Below are positions 25,705 through 50,672 of a stretch of DNA of 50,672 nt, in pieces. Position numbers and translations under genes: made by a program. The stretch spans positions 1-50,672 of the forward strand of contig NIVC01004319.1 in NCBI GenBank assembly GCA_002269645.1, written 5' to 3'. Position 1 is the stretch's first letter; every line of letters begins with the position of its first letter. The notes beneath the pieces are model-generated. The model was not told the DNA's origin, searched no databases, and was given only the letters and a program-made list of their open reading frames with translations. This stretch comes from Macrostomum lignano (lineage: Eukaryota).

Positions 25705-27235
25705 CAGATTAGCAATCATGTCAGATTAGCAATGTTGTTAGATTAGCAATCATGTCAGATTAGCAATGTTGTCAGATTAGCAATGATGTCAGATTAGCAA
25801 TCATGTCAGATTAGCAATCATGTCAGATTAGCAATCATGTCAGATTAGCAATCATGTCAGATTAGCAATCATGTCAGATTAGCAATCATGTCAGATTAGC
25901 AATCATGTCAGATTAGCAATCATGTCAGATTAGCAATCATGTCAGATTAGCAATCATGTCAGATTAGCAATCATGTCAGTTCAGCAATCATGTCAGATTA
26001 GCAATCATGTCAGATTAGCAATCATGTCAGATTAGCAATGTTGTTAGATTAGCAATCATGTCAGATTAGCAATCATGTCAGATTAGCAATCATGTCAGAT
26101 TAGCAATCATGTCAGATTAGCAATCATGTCAGATTATCAATCATGTCAGATTAGCAATCATGTCAGATTAGCAATCATGTCAGATTAGCAATGATGTTAG
26201 ATTAGCAATCAAGTCAGATTAGCAATCATGTCAGATTAGCAATGATGTCAGATTAGCAATGTTGTTAGATTAGCAATCATGTCACATTAGCAATCATGTC
26301 AGATTAGCAATCATGTCAGATTAGCAATGATGTTAGATTAGCAATCATGTCAGATTAGCAATCATGTCAGATTAGCAATCATGTCAGATTAGCAATCATG
26401 TCAGATTAGCAATGATGTCAGTTCAGCAATCATGTCAGATTAGCAATCATGTCAGATTAGCAATCATGTCAGATTAGCAATCATGTCAGATTAGCAATCA
26501 TGTCAGATTAGCAATGATGTCAGATTAGCAATCATGTCAGATTAGCAATCATGTCAGATTAGCAATCATGTCAGATTAGCAATCATGTCAGATTAGCAAT
26601 CATTTCAGATTAGCAATCATGTCAGATTAGCAATGATGTTAGATTAGCAATCATGTCAGATTAGCAATCATGTCAGATTAGCAATCATGTCAGATTAGCA
26701 ATCATGTCAGATTAGCAATCATGTCAGATTAGCAATCATGTCAGATTAGCAATCATGTCAGATTAGCAATCATGTCAGATTAGCAATCATGTCAGATTAG
26801 CAATCATGTCAGATTAGCAATGATGTCAGATTAGCAATCATGTCAGATTAGCAATCATGTCAGATTAGCAATCATGTCAGATTAGCAATCATGTCAGATT
26901 AGCAATCATGTCAGATTAGCAATCATGTCAGATTAGCAATCATGTCAGATTAGCAATGATGTCAGATTAGCAATCATGTCAGATTAGCAATCATGTCAGA
27001 TTAGCAATCATGTCAGATTAGCAATCATGTCAGATTAGCAATCATGTCAGATTAGCAATCATGTCAGATTAGCAATCATGTCAGATTAGCAATCATGTCA
27101 GATTAGCAATCATGTCAGATTAGCAATGATGTTAGATTAGCAATCATGTCAGATTAGCAATCATGTCAGATTAGCAATCATGTCAGATTAGCAATCATGT
27201 CAGATTAGCAATCATGTCAGATCAGAAATCATGTC
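25705..27235. repeat. 17-bp minisatellite (GTCAGATTAGCAATCAT)n
   Basis: About 90 highly homogeneous units, ending ~330 nt upstream of the P2X ATG. Confidence 0.97.
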
Positions 27236-27564
27236 CTCAGAATTAATAAATTTCGGCAAGTTCTCCGCAATTCATCTTATCATACAACGTACGTTGGACT
27301 CACGCGGACATGTAAAGCGATCCCTTTTTATCAGTTGAGCAGCGGCTGACACGGAGGTTGAGGGCCGCTAATTACGACTCCAGGCGCGGGTCTCCTGGGT
27401 CCTCTTTAGAGTTCTGAGGTCGGGCGAGTGGCTCTTATCGCTAGAGCAGATCAGCGGTTCTTTAATCCAAGCCTGAAATTCATTGAATGGCGGCAATTTG
27501 TGTTCCACCTCCTGCTGCTTCTTCTTTTAGAAGAGTAGACTGACTCATCTGGCCAGCCGTGAGG

Positions 27565-41901
<14,337 letters not shown>

Positions 41902-42377
41902 ACCGGCGGGCTCAGACTCCACCGCACCTGCTAGCCGACTCTCAGTTCGTGCCGGCGACCGCACCAGCGGCGTCGGGGACTCCCGTCGGCTTCCCGGCCG
42001 GCCACCGGCGGCCGTCCGACCCGTCCGACTCGGCCTCCGAGTCGACGGGATCGGACGACGCGGAATTGAAGGCCGAGGCGGCGGCCAATGCGGCGGCCAA
42101 TGAGGCGGCCGCGGCGCTGCGACCGGCGCCGCCCTACCAGCAGCAGCCGCAGCACCGGCTGGTGCAGTTCAGGGGTCCCAGCGAGGACCTGTGAATTCCA
42201 GCTGCAGTGTGAAGCAGCAATGCGCCTTCATTGCTTTTGTAGATTTCCCATTTTACGCTACAGAAACACTCGTACCTGCTCCCATGGTCTCAAACCAGTT
42301 GTTACGTTTAGGGCATTGCTTTGCTGCATCCGTGTCCTCAGATGACCTCGGCTGGTTAACTAAGTACTTAATGACCA

Positions 42378-43316
42378 GTATTCTGACTGCTCACGGACCC
42401 CCATTTTGACTGTTCAATGACCCCCAACATTCTGACTGCTCACTGACCCCCCACACATTCTGACTGCTTACTGACCCCCCCCCCCACATTCTGACTGCTC
42501 ACTGACCCCCCACACATTCTGACTGCTTACTGACCCCCCCCCCACATTCTGACTGCTTACTGACCCCCCACAACACATTCTGACTGCTTACTGACCCCCC
42601 ACACATTCTGACTGCTTACTGACCCCACATTCTGACTGCTTACTGACCCCCCCCCACAACACATTCTGACTGCTTACTGACCCCCCACACATTCTGACTG
42701 CTTACTGACCCCACATTCTGACTGCTCACTGACCCCCCCCCCACAACACATTCTGACTGCTTACTGACCCCCCACACATTCTGACTGCTTACTGACCCCA
42801 CATTCTGACTGCTCACTGACCCCCCCCCAACACATTCTGACTGCTTTCTGACCCCCCCCCCACATTCTGACTGCTCACTGACCCCCCCCCAACACATTCT
42901 GACTGCTTTCTGACCCCCCCCCACATTCTGACTGCTCACTGACCCCCACATTCTGACTGCTTACTGACCCCCACATTCTGACTGCTCACTGACCCGCCAC
43001 ATTCTGACTGCTTACTGACCCCCCCCCACACATTCTGACTGCTTACTGACCCCCCACATTCTGACTGCTCACTGACCCCCATTTTGACTGCTCAATGACC
43101 CCCACATTCTGACTGCCTACTGACCCCCCCACACATTCTGACTGCTCACTGACCCCCCACACATTCTGATTTTCACTGACCTCCCACACATTTTGACTGC
43201 TCACTGACCCCCACACATTCTGACTGCTCACTGACCCCCACACATTCTGACTGCTCACTGACCCCCACACATTCTGACTGCTCACTGACCCCCCCCCACA
43301 TTCTGACTGTTCACAC
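42378..43316. repeat. 26-32-bp minisatellite (ACATTCTGACTGCTCACTGACCCCC)n with variable C-runs
   Basis: Seen directly. Confidence 0.93.
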
Positions 43317-43837
43317 ACCCTCATTGTGTAGCTAGCAAAAATTTATAAACCAATGTTTCGCTCTGTCAAGCATCATTTTTACTCCTAGCTTTAGCATAGA
43401 CCAGAGCACTGTGTGCTACAGCTTGCATCTCAACATCTTTAATTGTCATGCTTAATGCCTCCAGAACTACTGACAATGCCTACATTATACGTCGAAAGTG
43501 TGCATGAAATTCGAATTTTAAAGTTTTCATTTGCCTAATACGAGCGAACAGAATTGCTGGTATATTCGAAGCGGGGGAACCGGAACCTCGTGACATTTTT
43601 CATGTAATTTAGTTGATCTCTATCGAGAATTGAAACCACCTTTAAAATTAAAAAATTCTCTATGCTATAAATTTGACTCATTGTTTGGCATCACGTGTTC
43701 AGTATCCTACTTCTCATTTCACTCAATATTATGCAGTGTCCTTTAAAATAGGAAATTAAATAACTTTCTTGCACTGACGTCATGAAAGATTACAGAAACA
43801 AATTTAAAGCCGCCTCAGCTTTTACATGTATGTGGTG

Positions 43838-44718
<881 letters not shown>

Positions 44719-45499
44719 CAGCTCCTCCTTTCAATGGGTAACCTCTAATCTTCTAAAAGCATTTCAGCTGCTGTGGGTCAGCAACACTTCTAGCCTGACT
44801 GACAGCCTGTCCCATGTCCCAGTTCACTATATTTATTTTTTATGGTCTTTGCTAATCCCGACCCTGTCTCGTCTTCATGCCGCCTTCTTCCTTCCTGTCA
44901 ACTGCATACCAAGTGGGACAGTTTTTCTCCAGTATCATAGCCCGTAGATCCCGAGAGGTTTTAAGTAAAGCCTCTAGGTGAAGTTTCCAGCTCTAAAACT
45001 CCCGTGCACTTTTTTGAAGAATCTTTTGATGTCTCGCTGGGATCCCATTGGTCCGGCTGGGGCTGCCCAGTCCAAAATTCTTATAAAAGCTCCCGCGGGA
45101 GGGGTCATCCAAAGCTCTCGAATTTCCTTTCTTCGGCATCAACCGATCCGACTTTTCTTTCGAATCCGCGAGAAACAAGTCTCAGATCAGAGTGCCGGTG
45201 GCCAGAAGAAGAAAAAGCAGAAGAAGAAGAAGTCCTGCCATTCAGCTTGGACGGGACTGATATTCTGCAGAGGATAAATCTGTAAGACCACTGCATTCTC
45301 GTATATTGTTGAATGCGGACCTCTTTACTAGAAGCTACATGTCACACTGATTACTCCAATAACAGAAATCAGACAGATCAGATCAAATAGATCTACTGGT
45401 ATTCATTGCCTTTGCTGCTTCCAAAATGGCGAGGTATAAGTGGCTCTGTAGTGATGACAAATGCTTAACAGAAGACATGGCCGCTGCACACTAGGAGAT

Positions 45500-45899
45500 A
45501 CGGCAAGGGAGAGGATATGAGAGAGGAGAGGAGAGAGGAGAGAGGAGAGGAGAGAGGAGAATGAGAGGAGAGAGGAGAGAGGAGAGGAGAGAGGAGAGAG
45601 GAGAGGAGAGGAGAGGAGAGGACAGAGGAGAGGAGAGGAGAGGAGAGAGGAGAGGAGAGGAGAGAGGAGACGAGAGGAGAGGAGAGGAGAGGAAAGGAGA
45701 GGAGATGAGAGGAGAGGAGAGGAGAGGAGAGGAGAGGAGAGGAAAGGAGAGGAGAGGAGAGGAGAGGAGAGGAGAGGAGAGGAGACAAGAGGAGAGGAGA
45801 GGAGAGGAGAGGAGAGAAGAGAGGAGGAGGAGAGGAGGGAAGGAGAGGAGAGAGGAGAGGAGAGGAGAGAGGAGAGAGGAGAGGAGAGGAGAGGAGAGC
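45500..45899. repeat. (GAGGA)n polypurine tract
   Basis: Seen directly; it is the reverse-complement type of 11301-11610. Confidence 0.93.
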
Positions 45900-46299
45900 A
45901 AAGCGACAAAGAATTCGAAAGCGATAAAACAGAAGCAGAAAACTGTGACTAAGGGATGACACAGAGGAAAACTGGGGCAGCCATCCAACCTCATGTTTGC
46001 TTTATAATTCGAACTCACGGGAGCGGACAGCGCTCTCTTGCAGTTTCTCTCTCCCTGGCAGCGAGCGGGGAGATGAAGCTGAGAAATCTCCCAGCTAGTT
46101 TTAGGTGGAATAAAATATTTTATAGCTGACTGTCTTGCAAAATTCTCTGCACCGTTGCCTTCTTCAGCTCCCAGTGACTTTTCCTGACCTGTGAAGATTA
46201 GCATTCTATGTAAAATTAAGCTGCATGTATCCTTGGATGAAGCATATTTTGATGAGTCTGCAGTTCCCCTATAGCTGGATAGATCCGCGAATTGTAAAC

Positions 46300-46820
46300 A
46301 ATCTAGATAAACCTGTACACGAATCTGTAGATCTACAGTACCCTATAGAGATCTATAATCTGTACACAGTCTAGATGAATCTGTAGATCTACAGTAGCCT
46401 ATAGACATTTGAAATCTGTAACGATGTAGATGAACCTGTAGATCTACAGTAGCCAATAGACATTGGACATCTAAAAACAATCAATTGAACCTGCAGATCT
46501 ACAGTAGCCTATAGACATTTGAAATCTGTAAACAATCTAGATGAATCTGCAGATCTACAGTAGCCTATAGACATTTGAAATCTGTAAACAATCTAGATGA
46601 ACCTGCAGATCTACAGTAGCCTATAGACATTTGAAATCTGTAAACAATCTAGATGAATCTGCAGATCTACAGTAGCCTATAGACATTTGAAATCTGTAAA
46701 CAATCTAGATGAACCTGCAGATCTACAGTAGCCTATAGACATTTGAAATCTGTAAACAATCTAGATGAACCTGCAGATCTACAGTAGCCTATAGACATTT
46801 GACATCTGTAAACAGATAGA
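46300..46820. repeat. 56-bp minisatellite (ACAGTAGCCTATAGACATTTGAAATCTGTAAACAATCTAGATGAACCTGCAGATCT)n
   Basis: About 9 units, immediately upstream of the first GPCR coding exon. Confidence 0.92.
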
Positions 46821-46904
46821 TGACATCTGTCTATCCATCTGTAGATGCCCAACCGACCAAACTTTCATTTTCCCCAGCCAGGCACCCAGACCCGGAACCA
46901 GGTT

Positions 46905-49900
46905 ATGTTGTTCTTCACCTCAGACCAGTGCAGCGAGGCGGAGGTGAACCAGACGATGGCGCAGCACGATCACAGCTACCTCCGTGTTGAGCAGTCCAAC
47001 AGTTTCGTCATCCTGCCCATATCGCTGGTCGCCCTGCTGCTCAACTCGCTGTCTCTGTTCGTCTTTGCCAGACAGAAGTTCGACAACAAAGCTGTCCGAT
47101 TTTCGCTGCTGTCCATCTCCAGCACCGAGGTCTGTCTGCAGCTGGCCCTGATCGGAGATCGCCATCGTCAAGAGCTACTTTGAGCACCGGCACAGCCCCG
47201 CCGCCTTTGCCGTCACCAGCTGCATCCATGTGGCAATTAACGCTCTGGTGTCCATCCGGAACTGGAATCTGCTGCTGATCAGCGCTGCTCGGTGCGAGGT
47301 GAGGCGCCTGGTTGGGTGTTTGATGAGCTCTACATTGTAACCGGTAACTAGGCACTGGAGCTCAGATCCCCTTGTAGATATCAGTTCCCCTTGTAGATTT
47401 CAGATCCCCTTGTAGATATCAGATCCCCTTGTAGATATCAGATCCCCTTGTAGATATCAGATCCCCTTGTAGATATCAGTTCCCTTTGTGGATTTCAGAT
47501 CCTTGTAGATTTCAGATCCTCTTGTAGAATTTCAGATCTCCTTGTAGATTTCAGATCCCCTTGTAGATATCAGATCCCTTTGTGGATTTCAGATCCCCTT
47601 GTAGATTTCAGATCCCCTTGTAGATATCAGATCCCCTTGTAGATATCAGTTCCCTTTGTGGATTTCAGATCCCCTTGTAGATTTCAGATCCCCTTGTAGA
47701 TTTCAGATCTCCTTGTAGATTTCAGATCCCCTTGTAGATTTCAGATCCTCTTGTAGATTTCAGATCTCCTTGTAGATTTCAGATCTCCTTGTAGATTTCA
47801 GATCCCCTTGTAGAGTTCAGATCCTCTTGTAGATTTCAGATCCCCTTGTAGATTTCAGATCCTCTTGTAGATATCAGATCCCTTGTAGATATCAGATCTC
47901 CTTGTAGATTTCAGATCCCCTTGTAGATTTCAGATCTCCTTGTAGATTTCAGATCCCCTTGTAGATTTCAGATCCCCTTGTAGATTTCAGATCCCCATGT
48001 CGATTTCAGATCCTCTTTTTATACGCTGGCTTAGATGCATCATGCAAAACAAGCTGCAGGAACTCTGGGGCGCTCTGTTGGGCAGCTTTCATCATCCCGA
48101 CATCCCACCACCGGATAGGAAATCGCTAGGGGTGATGAGAGGGGCTCAGGATGGGAAGAAATGAGAATTTTTATTCATCAGCTCAGGATGTCCCCTCGTC
48201 GGCAGTCACCTGACATCAATCTGACTAAAAAAAGTTATTAACAAATTCTTTGGACTAAAATACCTTTGCTTTCAGCCAGATCAGCAAAGGAAATTAGGTG
48301 AGGCAGACGCGGTGTTATAAAATCCTCGGATTTCATTTTGCTCCGCAATTCTACAAAAAAATTGTTTCGTTGGCAGGTCGCAGCTCAGCTTTTCTCCATT
48401 GAAGTTTTTCAAATCAATAGTTTGTTGGCCTCGGTCTGACTGACTGACTGACTGACTGACTGACTGACTGACTGACTGACTGACTTAAGTGACTGACTGA
48501 CTGACTTGAGTGACTGACTGACTGACTGACTGACTGACTGACTGACTGACTGACTGACTGACTGACTGACTGACTTGAGTGAGTGGGTGACTGACTGACT
48601 GACTGACTGACTGACTGACTGACTGACTGACTGACTGACTGACTGACTGACTTGAGTGACTGACTGACTGACTGACTGACTGACTGACTGACTGACTGAC
48701 TGACTGACTTGAGTGACTGACTGACTGACTGACTGACTGACTGACTGACTGACCGACTGACTGACTGACTGACTGACTGACTGACTGACTGACTTGAGTG
48801 AGTGGGTGACTGACTGACTGACTGACTGACTGACTGACTGACTGACTGACTGACTGACTGACTGACTGACTGACTGACTGACTGACTGACTGACTGACTG
48901 ACTGACTGACTGACTGACTGACTGACTGACTGACTGACTGACTGACTACTGTTCTCCCGCCAATCCGCAGGTGGTGGCGAGGCCACTCGCATCCCGGCGC
49001 TGCCTGATCTTCAGTCGCGGCCGCCTTGCCCTCGCCTTTGGCAGTATCATCGTCCTCGCCTTCGCTCTGGCTTTGCTGGCCGCCCTGGCCGACAAGGGCG
49101 TGCTGTGTAGCAACTCGGCCGAGCTGCTGGCTGTGAGAACGAGCTCATGTCCCGGCCGGCCCGGCCGCGTGTTTAAGGTTTGTCACCCTCACTGGGGAAC
49201 TGGAGTACCTTTCCCTCCAGTGATAAGAAATATCTATCTGTAGATACCCATTTGGAGATACCCATCTGAAATACTCATCTGGAAATACCCATCTGGAAAT
49301 ATCCTTCTGGAAATACCATCTGGAAATACCCATCTGGAAATACCCATCTGGAAATATCCTTCTGGAAATACTCATCTGGAAATACCCATCTGGAAATATC
49401 CATCTGGAAATATTCATCTTAAAATACCCATCTGTAAATACCCATCTGGAAATACCTATCTGGAGATACACATCTAAAAATACCCATCTGGAGATACACA
49501 TCTAGAAATACCCATCAGGAAATATCCATCTAACCGGGAAAGGCTCTAATTTACACCATTGTTATTCAACTCGCTCACCCACCCAGGTGCCCGAGACTCC
49601 GTGGTGGTGATCAGATCCCTGCTGCAAACGAACTGGACGAGTGGGCGATCTACGTTTTCAATCCTGATCCCAACCGTGCTAATTCCCTTCCCAACTGGGA
49701 TCATGTGGGTCAGAATTCGCTGCGCCAGCCTGCGCTGCCGCAGTCCGCTGATGAGCCAACCGAGGCACCGGGAGACACCGGGGGAGAAGCCGTCACGCGC
49801 GGCGGTCAGGACGAAAATCACCGGGGGATCGAAGCTGACCTCGCAGCGACAGCCAGATGGTGCTGGCTTGGCCATCCTGTTCTGCATCTGCGAGATCCCC

Positions 49901-50200
49901 ACCTTCGTGTCCACCACAGTGCTGCTGCACCACCCCGACCTGCCGGATCGGCTGCCGTTCCACCCGGATAGCGTCACGAACGTCCTGCTGGTCATCGACT
50001 CCGTGCTCAACTTCTTCGTCTACGCGGCTTCGTCGGCAAAGTTCCGGTCGGACTTGGCCGGTCGCTGCTGCTGCTGGTGCCGGCGGGATGAGCGGCTGCA
50101 GCAGCGACAGCAGCAGCAGCTCGGACTCCTGCCCGTGCAGCAGCTGGCGAGGTCGAGGTCTCCATCGCCGGCGAAGTCGCACGAGTCCCTGCGCGGCTGA
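46905..50200 (+). CDS. Class A (rhodopsin-like) peptide-type orphan GPCR, FMRFamide/sex-peptide-receptor-like. Exons about 46905-47298, 48971-49177, 49587-50200, with apparent frameshifts
   Basis: TM1 is FVILPISLVALLLNSLSLFVF. TM3 is INALVSIRNWNLLLISAARCE/V and TM4 is RLALAFGSIIVLAFALALL. TM6 is AILFCICEIPTFVS and TM7 is NVLLVIDSVLNFFVYAASSAKFR. An N-terminal NQT sequon is present. Single-base frameshifts are needed near 47154, 49600-49700 and 49857-49867. The start codon is uncertain (46845 or 46905). Confidence 0.8.
47362..48012. repeat. 19-bp minisatellite (CAGATCCCCTTGTAGATTT)n in GPCR intron 1
   Basis: Seen directly. Confidence 0.95.
48436..48947. repeat. (GACT)n microsatellite ending ~23 nt before the GPCR exon 2 acceptor
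   Basis: Seen directly; it carries the same TTGAGTGAGTGGGTG interruption as the P2X array. Confidence 0.97.
49240..49530. repeat. 14-bp minisatellite (TACCCATCTGGAAA)n in GPCR intron 2
   Basis: Seen directly. Confidence 0.92.
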
Positions 50201-50544
50201 CTCTCGCGCCACAAACCCTTGTCGGCCAGCTTCCCAAGACATGCCGGATGGCCAGCCTGGCGATTAGAAGTCAGCCTCGCAGTACATCGCTGCTTGTTGG
50301 GACGATGCCGCTAAAGGAGAGACGAAGTAAGAGCATTAGCAATCCATCCATAATATTCCTTTACCAACGTCACAAGTGACAAGTTATCAAGTGCTTTCAC
50401 CACGCAATTTTCTCGAATTTTAATTGCGATGCACTTTCGCTGCATTTGTTATTGGCCCATTGTAAATGTGCCGCTGTGCATGATTATTATCCAAAGATAT
50501 TAGCTCCACCCATCACCCCTCCATTATCCCTTTCAACTCCCTCT

Positions 50545-50672
50545 GCCACCCTCCGACACCTCTCCGACACCCTTCCGACATCCTTGCATCGCCCCTCCGA
50601 CAGCCCTCCGACATCTCTTCCGACAGCTCTCCGACTACCCGGCCGACACCTCCGACACCCCCGACACTCTTC
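50545..50672. repeat. Short C-rich repeat around (CTCCGACAC), truncated by the window end
   Basis: Seen directly. Confidence 0.8.

Noticed and set aside
46905-50200. Calling the GPCR (and SPOP) pseudogenes
   Set aside because: The lesions are mostly single-base losses in homopolymer or dinucleotide runs while splice sites and motifs are intact. The same pattern affects the highly conserved SPOP, which points to long-read consensus error.

Overview
Eukaryotic (metazoan) genomic DNA with GC-rich exons embedded in AT-rich, tandem-repeat-saturated non-coding sequence. Roughly half the window (about 24 kb by my rough count) is micro- or minisatellite. This architecture plus a flatworm-like orphan GPCR suggests a free-living flatworm such as Macrostomum, which is inference only. 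I reconstructed five spliced genes by hand from GT-AG sites and phase checks: (1) a 5'-incomplete SPOP/roadkill (MATH-BTB), + strand; (2) an unrecognised 3-exon small secreted 6-Cys protein, - strand, of which the ORF track shows only the last exon; (3) DPH5, + strand, with a recent 5'-truncated RNase H-bearing non-LTR retrotransposon and perfect 11-bp TSD in intron 2; (4) a 7-exon P2X purinoceptor, + strand; (5) a class A peptide-type orphan GPCR, + strand, with several single-base frameshifts that look like assembly errors. The most unusual signals are: a diverged copy of a P2X intron end, splice acceptor and first ~35 coding nt inside a SPOP intron 34 kb away; microsatellite arrays in unrelated genes sharing identical multi-base interruptions; and a different tandem array filling almost every long intron up to the splice sites. 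Most long ORFs in the supplied track are repeat artefacts. Repeat coordinates are approximate. No tRNA, rRNA or CRISPR array was found.
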